IMG/VR virus record: IMGVR_UViG_3300010357_000254 | Location: 1-38,397 of that record | Strand: one strand, 5' to 3' | From: a virus | DNA length: 38,397 nucleotides | Part shown: piece by piece, positions 1-7,580 of the stretch | How the letters are laid out: each line of letters begins with the position of its first letter | Numbering within the stretch: position 1 is the stretch's first letter | Made by a program: the position numbers and the translations under genes | Notes under the pieces: model-generated | Told to the model about the DNA's origin: nothing | Databases searched by the model: none | The model's input: only the letters and a program-made list of their open reading frames with translations

Positions 1-127
1 CGCACGATGGTAACCGGGTGCGGCTGGAGCGCGAAGAACTGACCAGAGTCGCCGAGCAGATCGAGCGCGGCGCCGCCGACCTTGCTGTGATGCAATCCGC
101 CGCCACGCGGCAGGCGCAGCAAAGCGA
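1..127. repeat. Contig-closure overlap, identical to 38271-38397
   Basis: The first 127 nt (cgcacgatggtaaccgggtg...gcagcaaagcga) recur base for base as the last 127 nt. The frame of the ORF opening at 37667 continues into 18..1133 when the copies are merged. Confidence 0.95.
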
Positions 128-1133
128 TAAGGTGGCCGGCTTGCGTGAGCGCGCCGCGCGGTATGCGAGCATCGAGGCCAAACTGCGGCATGACGAGGCC
201 GAGTTGAAAGAATGGCAAGCCAAGGTCGAGCACGAGGCACGCAAGGGCGGAAAGCAGATGCCGGCCGAGCCAACCTACACCTGCCCGGCGTGCTCTGCCG
301 TGCTGCGCCACAGTCACGCCAACGGCGCGCTGGTCGAATTCACGCCGCCGCCGATCGTCTACCCCACGTCAGAGCCCGGAAAGCTCGCCGAATACCAGCG
401 CGCACGCGACCTGTTGGACCGATCGGTTGAGAACGACAAGCGCGACCTCGCGGCCGCCGACCTGGCCGCCCGGACGCTGGCGGAGATCGACGACGCCAGG
501 AGCGACCCCGCGCCGGCTCCGGAAGAAATCGATGCCAAGAAAGCGAAGCTCGCAGAAGCGCGCAAGGAACAGACGCGCCTCGCCAGCGTCGTCAAGTATC
601 TTGAGTCGGACGAGCGCGCCGCGGCGATCGCCGACAAAAATACCGATTTGGCCCGCGGCCATCACCGGGACGTGGCGCAGTGGGAAGAAATTGCCGCCGC
701 ACTGGCGCCGAACGGGATTCCCGGCGAGATGCTTGGCGAGGCGCTCGGGCCGATCAATCAACGTCTCGCGTCTTCGTCGCTCATGACGGAGTGGGCACAG
801 CCATTGGTCGATGGCGACATGACAATTACTGCTGGCGGACGGCTATATGCCCTGCTCTCGGAGTCCGAGAAATGGCGTGTCGACGCAATGATCGCCGAGG
901 CCATCAGCCACTTGTCTGGCGTCAAGCTGCTTGTGCTGGACCGCGTCGACGTGCTCGACTTCGTGGGGCGAGAGGATTTGCTGTACTGGCTCGTCGGACT
1001 GGCGGAAGACGGAGAAATCGAAACGGCGCTGCTGTTTGCCACGCTCAAAGCGTTGCCTGCCGCGCTTCCTGATTGGGCCGACGCGGTGTGGATCGAAAAC
1101 GGCACTGCCGGACGGGTCATGGAGGCCGCATGA
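1..1133 (+). CDS. Rad50/SbcC-like ABC ATPase, C-terminal part (continues from 37667 across the circular junction)
   Basis: Same frame as 37667 ORF after collapsing the overlap. Long E/A/R/K-rich coiled-coil-like stretch, CPAC at 282-293, LSESEKW signature-like motif at 855-875, LLVLDRVD Walker B at 927-950. Stop at 1131-1133 overlaps the next ATG (ATGA). Confidence 0.75.
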   Translation, partial: HDGNRVRLEREELTRVAEQIERGAADLAVMQSAATRQAQQSDKVAGLRERAARYASIEAKLRHDEAELKEWQAKVEHEARKGGKQMPAEPTYTCPACSAVLRHSHANGALVEFTPPPIVYPTSEPGKLAEYQRARDLLDRSVENDKRDLAAADLAARTLAEIDDARSDPAPAPEEIDAKKAKLAEARKEQTRLASVVKYLESDERAAAIADKNTDLARGHHRDVAQWEEIAAALAPNGIPGEMLGEALGPINQRLASSSLMTEWAQPLVDGDMTITAGGRLYALLSESEKWRVDAMIAEAISHLSGVKLLVLDRVDVLDFVGREDLLYWLVGLAEDGEIETALLFATLKALPAALPDWADAVWIENGTAGRVMEAA

Positions 1134-1450
1134 AAACCTTCTGGACCGAAGAAGAAAAGAAGCGCTTTTGTGAACTCTACCCGGTTACCGAGACAGAAGA
1201 TCTGTGCAAGATTTTCAACATGCCAATCTCGAGTATCCGTCAGCGCGCAAAATTTTACAAAGTGAAAAAGACGCCCGAGGCAATAACTAGAGCGCAAAGC
1301 ATCTCGCGCCTCGGGAAGAGCCACAGCAAGAAGCGCGAATACCTTCCTGGAGACGAGCCATTGGAGGGCGTGTGCATACCAACTGGACACGGAGTTAAAG
1401 CGGTAACGACGCATGCCTGTGGAACGATCACAGTACATCGGATGAGATAG
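1130..1450 (+). CDS. Small Myb/SANT-like putative DNA-binding protein
   Basis: ATG at 1130 overlaps the upstream stop (ATGA). N-terminus is WTEEEKKRFCELYP...ISSIRQRAKFYKV. Lower GC than flanks. Confidence 0.5.
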   Translation: MKTFWTEEEKKRFCELYPVTETEDLCKIFNMPISSIRQRAKFYKVKKTPEAITRAQSISRLGKSHSKKREYLPGDEPLEGVCIPTGHGVKAVTTHACGTITVHRMR

Positions 1451-1452
1451 CA

Positions 1453-1827
1453 ATGCTTGAGACAGAAAACACAGAAAGGAAACGGGGCCGTTCACCATTG
1501 AGCCTGTTTTATCAGGTTCGGCAGATATCCATTGCTGCCCAGGCAATGGATGAAGAAAAGGCCCGGGCCAAGAAGGCAATCGAGAAGATAATTGCCGATC
1601 GCGAGAAAATGATGGATGAGCGTCGCGAGTCCTACCACGAAACCATTCGCCAGCAAATCTTGACGGCTGTTCGAGAAAGCCCCATGGCAGGAACGTGTCA
1701 GATTGCCAAGATTATCGAGCGCGACAGGAAGACAACGCACCGCAAGCTAGATGATCTTGAGAAAGATGGCAGAGTGACCAAGGTCGTGATAAAGGGTCTG
1801 CTGAAATGGAAGGAGGCGCAGCCATGA
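1453..1827 (+). CDS. Hypothetical protein with C-terminal winged-helix-like segment
   Basis: ATG 1453 lies 2 nt after the previous stop. Contains ILTAVRESPMAGTCQIAKIIERDRKTTHRKLDDLEKDGRV, resembling MarR/ArsR-type wHTH. Lower GC. Confidence 0.5.
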   Translation: MLETENTERKRGRSPLSLFYQVRQISIAAQAMDEEKARAKKAIEKIIADREKMMDERRESYHETIRQQILTAVRESPMAGTCQIAKIIERDRKTTHRKLDDLEKDGRVTKVVIKGLLKWKEAQP

Positions 1828-2183
1828 GTTTCCGAGTCCCCGAAAAATTCCGCATCCGGACCGGCCCGCTTGCCAGTACGGCAGCAATCGGCAACGCCGG
1901 TGCGTTTGACATCCGCCTGCCGCACAGCCAACGCCTGTTCTGCATCGCATCGGACGGGGCCGGATGGGAGCATGTCAGCGTGTCGCGATCCGATCGCTGC
2001 CCGACCTGGGAAGAGATGAGCATGGTCAAGCGCCTGTTCTGGCACAGCGAGGACCGCGTGGTGCAGTTTCACCCTCCGGAAAGCGAGCACATCAACAATC
2101 ACACCAACTGCCTGCATTTGTGGCGCCCGGTTGGCGTCGAGATGCCGTCTCCTCCGACTTGGATGGTGGGGGTTAAGGCATGA
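1824..2183 (+). CDS. Hypothetical phage protein
   Basis: ATG 1824 in ATGA overlap with the previous stop. Protein-like composition (WEHVSVSRSDRCPTWEEM...LHLWRP). Confidence 0.65.
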   Translation: MSFRVPEKFRIRTGPLASTAAIGNAGAFDIRLPHSQRLFCIASDGAGWEHVSVSRSDRCPTWEEMSMVKRLFWHSEDRVVQFHPPESEHINNHTNCLHLWRPVGVEMPSPPTWMVGVKA

Positions 2184-2665
2184 ACGCACACACAGCACTG
2201 GAGATTGCGCTTGATCTTGACGCAGCGTCCTGCTCGTCTTTCGCAAAACTGGAAGCGGCCGAAGCTTTGCGCCAGCAGCACGCCGAGATTGAACGTCTGC
2301 GGGAAATGCTGACCGATGACCACGAAGCGTTGTGGGAAGAATGTCTCGTGCTGCGAAAATACGTCGGAAACAACATGCTGATGTCCGACTTTCGCAACGT
2401 GGACGAGATGCGTGCCGAGATTGAGCGCCTGACCGCAGAGCGCGACGAAGCCATAGCCGCCGATCAGGAAATCGAACGGCTGCGCAGCCAAGTCGCCAGA
2501 CTGCGCGCCGTGATTGTCGGTCTTGTTGGCGAGGATGATTTACACGGACTGGCCGTCATGGCCGAATTTCTCGAAAGGCTAGACCATGACGACGCGAGGA
2601 AGTCTCTTGATGTGGTGATGGCGCTGCTCGAAATCCGGCCGGAAGGCGAAAGGAGCAGGAAATGA
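2180..2665 (+). CDS. Hypothetical coiled-coil protein (paralogue of the next gene)
   Basis: ATGA overlap at 2180-2183. Shares ...A(E/A)ALRQQHAEIERLR... with 2662..3042. Confidence 0.65.
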   Translation: MNAHTALEIALDLDAASCSSFAKLEAAEALRQQHAEIERLREMLTDDHEALWEECLVLRKYVGNNMLMSDFRNVDEMRAEIERLTAERDEAIAADQEIERLRSQVARLRAVIVGLVGEDDLHGLAVMAEFLERLDHDDARKSLDVVMALLEIRPEGERSRK

Positions 2666-3042
2666 GCAAACGCACTGCGATGGATATAGCCGACGCACTA
2701 GAGGTTGAGATGCCTACGCTGAAAAACTTGGACGACGCCGCAGCCATGCTGCGCAGCCAGCACGCCGAGATTGAGCGCCTCAAACGCGATCGGCATCACA
2801 TCTACGACCTGCTCGCCCGCATCCACCGCGATGGAGGTCAATACACCGCAGAACACGGTGTCGAGAAATCTTGCGACGACGCAGAGGCGCAAGTGGTGGC
2901 TTGGATTGACACAATCAACGGAGTGGATGCGCTGATTGAGCAGGCTAGGATTGCAGATAGCGAGGCGTGCGCTCGAATATGTGAAAAGTCTTTATCTCGC
3001 GAAGAGGCAGCATACCTTATCCGCGCGAGGTTAGCGAAATGA
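2662..3042 (+). CDS. Hypothetical coiled-coil protein (paralogue of the previous gene)
   Basis: ATGA overlap at 2662-2665. Contains AAAMLRSQHAEIERLKRD. Confidence 0.65.
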   Translation: MSKRTAMDIADALEVEMPTLKNLDDAAAMLRSQHAEIERLKRDRHHIYDLLARIHRDGGQYTAEHGVEKSCDDAEAQVVAWIDTINGVDALIEQARIADSEACARICEKSLSREEAAYLIRARLAK

Positions 3043-3332
3043 GCGAACATACACGTGGGCAATGGATTGCGGTTGGTGCATGGGTTGAGCATCCTGACGA
3101 CGACGTAGCAGACATCTGCTCATGCGATCCTGCAACAATCAATCAGGAGCACTTGGGCCGTGGGGATTCTGAGATTTGCGCCAATGCTCGCCTGATAGCG
3201 GCCGCGCCTGATTTGCTGGAAGTGTGCCGGCGCTTGTCGCATGTGAGTTTGTTTGCGGTTGACGAGGATGTGGCGAGCATCATCATGCTCGCGCTCGATA
3301 CCGTTCAAAAAGCGACAGGAGAAAAGCCATGA
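3039..3332 (+). CDS. Hypothetical phage protein
   Basis: ATGA overlap at 3039-3042. ANARLIAAAPDLLEVC motif is common in small phage proteins. Confidence 0.6.
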   Translation: MSEHTRGQWIAVGAWVEHPDDDVADICSCDPATINQEHLGRGDSEICANARLIAAAPDLLEVCRRLSHVSLFAVDEDVASIIMLALDTVQKATGEKP

Positions 3333-3529
3333 CCGACCAAGCACTCAAGCCCTGCCCGTTTTGCGGGAGCGTCCCAGAGATTGAATCAAGCCTGACGCGA
3401 ATTGACTTTGGACGCAGATTGCGCATCGAGTGCATCGAATGCGGCTCTGCCGGCCCGGCCGTGCGCGTCAATATGGCCCGCAGGAACAACGACGCCAGGG
3501 CAATCGACGAATGGAACAAGCGCGCATGA
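3329..3529 (+). CDS. lar: Lar-family restriction-alleviation protein
   Basis: LKPCPFCGS...CIECGS...AIDEWNKRA matches the Lar pattern (CPFCG, second CxxC, WN+R tail). 66 aa. ATGA overlaps at both ends. Confidence 0.7.
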   Translation: MTDQALKPCPFCGSVPEIESSLTRIDFGRRLRIECIECGSAGPAVRVNMARRNNDARAIDEWNKRA

Positions 3530-3825
3530 CCACCTTCGCCGACATTGACAGACTCGCCGCCTCCATCGCCGCGCTAGTCACTGCGCAGGCCCGGTCGTCC
3601 GACTTTTGGGACATGGACGACATCGCATACCACCTGCGCGCCAGCAAAAGCACAGTGACGCGGTGGGCTGCTCTGCCCGATTTCCCGCGTCCGATCCGAC
3701 CGCCGACCGCTGGCCGAGGGCTTGGCCATCCGCTGTTCTTGCCTGCCGAGGTGCGCAAGTGGGCGCTTGGACATCGGGAAGGAGCGGAGGGTAGGGTAGG
3801 GCGACCGAGGAAGGGGACTGCATAA
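3526..3825 (+). CDS. AlpA/excisionase-type HTH DNA-binding protein
   Basis: ATG 3526 in ATGA overlap. DMDDIAYHLRASKSTVTRWAALPDFPRPIRP resembles HTH_17/AlpA domains. Confidence 0.55.
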   Translation: MTTFADIDRLAASIAALVTAQARSSDFWDMDDIAYHLRASKSTVTRWAALPDFPRPIRPPTAGRGLGHPLFLPAEVRKWALGHREGAEGRVGRPRKGTA

Positions 3826-4061
3826 TGTACTGCTCGCCGGTAGAATCTCCAATTGCCATAAAGCCGCACAAGTGCCATAGCTGCGGCGAGGAAATAGCGC
3901 AGGGGGAACAATACAAGCGCTGGCGCTGTTTTGATGATGGGTCGGTGTCATCAGTCAAAATGCACGCCGAATGCTGGCAGATGCACTGTGACGATAGCGA
4001 TGGCGGATATTGGGAATTTATGCTGTTTGAGCACGAGAGGCCGAGGAAGGAAACGGCATGA
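3825..4061 (+). CDS. Small Cys/His-rich (zinc-binding?) protein
   Basis: TAATG overlap at 3823-3827. Contains CHSCG ... HAECWQMHC. Confidence 0.55.
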   Translation: MYCSPVESPIAIKPHKCHSCGEEIAQGEQYKRWRCFDDGSVSSVKMHAECWQMHCDDSDGGYWEFMLFEHERPRKETA

Positions 4062-4240
4062 AGTGGCAAGCGTGGGCGTTTGTTGATGAGCATGGCAACA
4101 TGATTGCGGAAAGCGGATTCAGATGCGCCGCAGACGTGTGGCGCGTTGGTCTGGGATGTCCAGACGAACAGGAAATCGAAGCAGCAAAAGCGCGAGGCTG
4201 CCGCGTTGTGCGGGTGACTATTGAGGAGATTGAGGAATGA
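4058..4240 (+). CDS. Hypothetical protein
   Basis: ATGA overlap at 4058-4061. 60 aa. Confidence 0.5.
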   Translation: MKWQAWAFVDEHGNMIAESGFRCAADVWRVGLGCPDEQEIEAAKARGCRVVRVTIEEIEE

Positions 4241-4482
4241 TCATCCGGCCCATCAGACTTGACGACAGCCACCTCAACCGCAGACAGACCAATCATCAGT
4301 GGCGCGAGAAACGCTCCGAGATGCAGTTCCGGCGCTACTTGGCGATCAGCTACAGCAACTGGCGCTGGTCAAACCGGCACATAGACAGCCGCTCAATTCG
4401 CTGGCGGTTGTTCGTTGCCAACGCATCGCCGGCGTATTTGCGGCAGGCGATGGCGCTAAATCGGTTCAGTAAGTTTTGGTAG
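4237..4482 (+). CDS. Hypothetical protein (R/W-rich)
   Basis: ATGA overlap at 4237-4240. Third codon positions are mostly G/C in this frame, but the composition is unusual. Confidence 0.45.
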   Translation: MIIRPIRLDDSHLNRRQTNHQWREKRSEMQFRRYLAISYSNWRWSNRHIDSRSIRWRLFVANASPAYLRQAMALNRFSKFW

Positions 4483-4495
4483 TAGACAAGAGATC

Positions 4496-4810
4496 ATGGA
4501 CGTAGTGTGCATCCTGGAGCAGGCCACATACAAGCCCGGCGACCTGCCGCCAACGGGCTATCTTGAGTGGCACGAATGGGCAGAGGTACAGCGCAAGGCG
4601 GGCATCAAGCAGCGCCAGTGCGCCAAGTGCGGGAAGTGGAAAACTCCGCAGGAGATGAGCAGGCGTCAGCCGATGATTGAGATGCGTGTAATTTCGCTTC
4701 CGGTTTGCGCACAGTGCGATGATTCCGGCAAAATTCCGGCAAACCCCGCTGAAAGCCAGCAATATCAAGGTTTATTTCTTCGAGCCTTTGGAAAAAGAAA
4801 TATCTATTGA
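4496..4810 (+). CDS. Hypothetical Cys-rich protein whose 3' end runs into the AT-rich insert
   Basis: ATG 4496. Contains CAKCG...CAQC. The tail ...DDSGKIPAN is repeated at the end of 5553..5777. The last ~15 codons are AT-rich, apparently foreign sequence. Confidence 0.6.
   Translation: MDVVCILEQATYKPGDLPPTGYLEWHEWAEVQRKAGIKQRQCAKCGKWKTPQEMSRRQPMIEMRVISLPVCAQCDDSGKIPANPAESQQYQGLFLRAFGKRNIY
4718..4766. repeat. Left copy of ~47-bp imperfect direct repeat flanking the AT-rich cassette
   Basis: gatgattccggcaaaattccggcaaaccccgctgaaagccagcaata aligns with 5748-5794 gacgactccggcaaaattccggcaaactaaccgcaaagccagcaata. Confidence 0.8.
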
Positions 4811-5630
4811 GGATATACAGAAGATTGTGGATGCAAACGAGAAAATAATTAAGGAGATTAAAGATAATGCAATATATGGGAAGTAAAAACAGAATAGCCA
4901 AACATCTTTTGCCAATCATGCTTGCTGAAAGGAAGCCTGAACAATGGTGGGTTGAGCCTTTTGTCGGTGGAGCAAATATGATTGATAAGGTTGAGGGTAA
5001 TAGAATGGGTAACGATAGCCATGAGTTTCTTATATCGCTTTTAGTTGCTCTGAAAGATGGGTATGTGCCACCAACCAATATTAGCAAAGAATTGTATTAT
5101 GCAATTAAATCAAACCCACAAGATTATCCAAAAGAATTGGTTGGATTTGTTGGCTTCCTTTGCTCGTTTGGTGGGAAATGGTGGGGCGGGTATGCCTTCA
5201 ACAAAAAGGGGGATAATTATGCTGATAGAGGAAGTCGGGTATTAACAAAACAGGCAAAAAACTTTAGTGGGGTGTTTTTTAAGTGTGGAGATTATTTAGA
5301 CATGGAAATCCCCCCAAACAGTTTGATTTATTGTGACCCACCATACGCTAATACCTGTGAATACAAAGACGGATTTAATCAAGATGTATTTTGGGATTGG
5401 TGCAGAACACAAACAAAAAAGGGGCATACAGTATTTATAAGCGAATACTCAGCTCCAAATGATTTTGTTTGCGTGAAAGAAATACAGCATAAAACCATTC
5501 TTGATAAAAACTCCCAGTATCCGAGAATAGAAAAACTGTTTAGGTATAAAGCATGAAAATCTATAAAATCACAGAAGCAAGCGAATATCTTGGAGTGTCA
5601 ATCAACACGCTCAAGACGCTTGCCAACAAG
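4767..5630. other. AT-rich inserted cassette (moron) carrying dam
   Basis: Abrupt drop in GC visible by eye between about 4767 and about 5630. Bounded by the direct repeats and followed by a terminator. Confidence 0.6.
4867..5556 (+). CDS. dam: DNA adenine methyltransferase, D12/Dam class
   Basis: MQYMGSKNRIAKHLLP N-terminus and CDPPY catalytic motif (LIYCDPPYANT). RBS aaggag upstream. AT-rich codon usage unlike the rest of the genome. Confidence 0.88.
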   Translation: MQYMGSKNRIAKHLLPIMLAERKPEQWWVEPFVGGANMIDKVEGNRMGNDSHEFLISLLVALKDGYVPPTNISKELYYAIKSNPQDYPKELVGFVGFLCSFGGKWWGGYAFNKKGDNYADRGSRVLTKQAKNFSGVFFKCGDYLDMEIPPNSLIYCDPPYANTCEYKDGFNQDVFWDWCRTQTKKGHTVFISEYSAPNDFVCVKEIQHKTILDKNSQYPRIEKLFRYKA

Positions 5631-5777
5631 GTCACGTTTGGATCTTGCATCGGCCCAATCGTCGTGACAGTAGTGCGGCCAGGGGGAAAGACGCCTGACC
5701 AATTGCGTCGAGAAGCAGAAAGGCGGCTTGCTGAACTCCTTGGCCGCGACGACTCCGGCAAAATTCCGGCAAACTAA
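5553..5777 (+). CDS. Chimeric small HTH protein
   Basis: ATGA overlap with dam. AT-rich 5' part encodes MKIYKITEASEYLGVSINTLKTLANK (MerR/excisionase-like HTH). The GC-rich 3' part ends ...GRDDSGKIPAN. Confidence 0.55.
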   Translation: MKIYKITEASEYLGVSINTLKTLANKVTFGSCIGPIVVTVVRPGGKTPDQLRREAERRLAELLGRDDSGKIPAN

Positions 5778-5794
5778 CCGCAAAGCCAGCAATA
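5748..5794. repeat. Right copy of the ~47-bp imperfect direct repeat
   Basis: See 4718-4766. Confidence 0.8.
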
Positions 5795-5831
5795 GCGCCA
5801 TCGCCGATTCCCCCTCTCGGCACCAACACAA

Positions 5832-5857
5832 GCCCGCGTAACTGCGGGTTTTTCTTT
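5832..5857 (+). terminator. Rho-independent terminator
   Basis: gCCCGC gtaact GCGGGt followed by tttttcttt. Confidence 0.7.
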
Positions 5858-5897
5858 GATAGCCCATTGATTCCTATAGATACCCGCGCCGAATCTC

Positions 5898-5927
5898 TTG
5901 CCGGAATCAATAGCAATATTCCGGCAA
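5898..5927. repeat. Inverted repeat TTGCCGGAAT-N10-ATTCCGGCAA
   Basis: Perfect 10-bp arms at 5898-5907 and 5918-5927. Same CCGGCAA core as the tandem TCCGGCAAA units inside both direct repeats. About 28 bp upstream of the -35 at 5955. Confidence 0.8.
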
Positions 5928-5954
5928 AATAGCGCAAAAAAACTGAAATAGTGC

Positions 5955-5982
5955 TTGACTCCTTACTGTTGAGTGATACAAT
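5955..5982 (+). promoter_or_regulatory. Sigma70-type promoter P1 (TTGACT-N16-TACAAT)
   Basis: TTGACT at 5955-5960 and TACAAT at 5977-5982, with an A-rich tract upstream. 18 nt (GTGATACAATACAGACAT) are identical to the promoter at 7577. Confidence 0.65.
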
Positions 5983-6017
5983 ACAGACATACCAACCAAC
6001 AACCACCGGAGGCCGAG

Positions 6018-6179
6018 ATGCTTGCAGTCACTTTCAGAAACACAGACGGCATCGAGACGTTTTCTCGTTGCTTCGACACGCTGCGCGCCGCGCGCAAATG
6101 GGCGCAGTGGCTTGCAGCCCAGAAGTTCGCCACTAACGCTGGCGTAACCGGCCTTGCGCCGAGAGAGGACGACAAATGA
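6018..6179 (+). CDS. Hypothetical small protein
   Basis: ATG 6018 preceded by ggagg. ATGA overlap with the following methylase gene. Confidence 0.55.
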   Translation: MLAVTFRNTDGIETFSRCFDTLRAARKWAQWLAAQKFATNAGVTGLAPREDDK

Positions 6180-6697
6180 ACCACGAAACGCCGCTGGCGC
6201 AAGGTCCGGTTGACGTAAATGTTAGGCGTTTTGGTGCGCCCGGTAAAAAGGACGAGTGGCTTACACCGCCCGGAATACTTAACCGCCTTGGTGAGTTTGA
6301 CCTTGACCCATGCACCCCAATTGACAGGCCGTGGGATACCGCGAAGCTCCATTACAACGTGGTAGATGACGGGCTGAAACAAGAGTGGTTTGGGCGCGTG
6401 TGGCTTAACCCCCCATTTGGGCCGAGGATTTTTGAATGGGTTGAGAAACTTGCGCAGCACGGGGACGGGATAGCCTTGATACCGGCGAGGACAGAAACAA
6501 AAGGGTTTCATTCTCATGTTTGGGGTGTGGCTGACGGAGTGTTTTTCTTCAAGGGGCGGCAGGCATTCCACAACGTGGACGGGTCTGTAGCAAACGGCTC
6601 ATTTGGAGCGCCGTGCTGTTTGATTTGCTACGGGAAACATAATGTCAGGGCGGTTTTAACAAGCGGCATTGATGGCGTGATGGTGTTTGACGCCTAA
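6176..6697 (+). CDS. Phage-type DNA N6-adenine methyltransferase
   Basis: EWLTPPGILNRLGEFDLDPC and WLNPPFG motifs, typical of the phage Dam (T1-like) family. Confidence 0.8.
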   Translation: MNHETPLAQGPVDVNVRRFGAPGKKDEWLTPPGILNRLGEFDLDPCTPIDRPWDTAKLHYNVVDDGLKQEWFGRVWLNPPFGPRIFEWVEKLAQHGDGIALIPARTETKGFHSHVWGVADGVFFFKGRQAFHNVDGSVANGSFGAPCCLICYGKHNVRAVLTSGIDGVMVFDA

Positions 6698-6754
6698 CGT
6701 GCGCATCATGCGCGGAGGCCTCGGCGGCGAGGAAGTAGTCTAACAACCAACCCC

Positions 6755-6770
6755 GCCCGGCTCGCCGGGC
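6755..6770 (+). repeat. Stem-loop GCCCGG-CTCG-CCGGGC, copy 1 of the hairpin-plus-SD cassette
   Basis: Perfect 6-bp stem and 4-nt loop, followed by GCATCGATGAG-N7-ATG(6789). Confidence 0.6.
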
Positions 6771-6788
6771 GCATCGATGAGAATGACC

Positions 6789-7142
6789 ATGAAAACGCCA
6801 GCATACGTCCTCAAGAAAGGCACCGACTACGCGGCAGGCTGGGAAACCGGCCGCAACAAAGGCCGCGAGCGTCTCGGTTCTCGGCTGGTTGATCGTTTGC
6901 CGCCTGAGCACCTCAGCGTCACCCCGCGGGCATCAGAGTGGGAGCGCGGCTACAAAGACGGGCTTTGCGATCGCTCCAGCGCAGCCCGGTCGATGGTCTG
7001 CTACTACGACAAAAACGGCAACTTCGTCGCCGAGCACAAGACCGGCACGCGTAGCGCAATCGTCAATGCACTGGCGCTGCTCGGGATTGCTGGCGACGTG
7101 ATGATCACGCGCAACGGCATAACGCACCGCTGCGGAATTTAA
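6789..7142 (+). CDS. Hypothetical protein
   Basis: Start chosen by alignment with the two other hairpin-SD cassettes. ATGs at 6777 and 6783 are also in frame. Confidence 0.6.
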   Translation: MKTPAYVLKKGTDYAAGWETGRNKGRERLGSRLVDRLPPEHLSVTPRASEWERGYKDGLCDRSSAARSMVCYYDKNGNFVAEHKTGTRSAIVNALALLGIAGDVMITRNGITHRCGI

Positions 7143-7148
7143 TGGCCC

Positions 7149-7164
7149 GCCCGGCTCGCCGGGC
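7149..7164 (+). repeat. Stem-loop GCCCGG-CTCG-CCGGGC, copy 2
   Basis: Begins 7 nt after the stop at 7142. Followed by GCATTGAGGAG-N7-ATG(7183). Confidence 0.6.
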
Positions 7165-7182
7165 GCATTGAGGAGCAGGGAA

Positions 7183-7395
7183 ATGAGCAAATACTACATC
7201 ACCGGCGGAGCTGACTCTCACTGGTTTCCGACAAAGGCCAAGACGCTGGCCAGCGCCAAGAGCATCGCCAGCAAGACCTATCAAGCCGCAGTCGGCAGCA
7301 AGATCGAAGTTGCCGAACTGGTTGGCAGCGGCGAAAGCGAGCGCTACGAGCGCGTTGCCGTCAAGCACGGCTTTGACGATTGGCAGCAAGCATGA
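7183..7395 (+). CDS. Hypothetical protein
   Basis: GAGGAG SD upstream of ATG 7183. Confidence 0.6.
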   Translation: MSKYYITGGADSHWFPTKAKTLASAKSIASKTYQAAVGSKIEVAELVGSGESERYERVAVKHGFDDWQQA

Positions 7396-7580
7396 CCGCC
7401 AAGCAACGAACCGGCAACGCGCCCGGCCAGGGGCGCCAGCCGACGCTCGTTAAGCCAGGCGAACGGTCTGCCGTGCTTCACGCCCGCGTCAGTCCTGCGC
7501 AGCGGGCGAAGGTCGAGAGGAACGGCGGAGCGCAGTGGGTTAGGTCGCTGATTGATGCGGCGCCTGAAAAAACTTCTTGA
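7392..7580 (+). CDS. Small basic protein, possibly ribbon-helix-helix
   Basis: ATGA overlap at 7392-7395. SAVLHARVSPAQRAKVERNGGAQWVRSLIDAA resembles RHH/MobC-type folds. The 3' end overlaps promoter P2. Confidence 0.45.
   Translation: MTAKQRTGNAPGQGRQPTLVKPGERSAVLHARVSPAQRAKVERNGGAQWVRSLIDAAPEKTS

Noticed and set aside
1-127. Interpreting the 127-nt end duplication as a true direct terminal repeat or as a duplicated gene segment.
   Set aside because: It is exact, has a length typical of an assembler k-mer, and sits in the middle of an ORF. P22-like terminase and portal modules usually package by headful. This cannot be decided without reads.
4240-4482. Minus-strand coding alternative opposite the odd R/W-rich ORF 4237-4482.
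   Set aside because: The best minus frame (…LLNRFSAIACRKYAGDALATNNRQRIERL…) has no usable start codon after its upstream stop. The plus frame has consistently high GC3 and an ATGA-coupled start.
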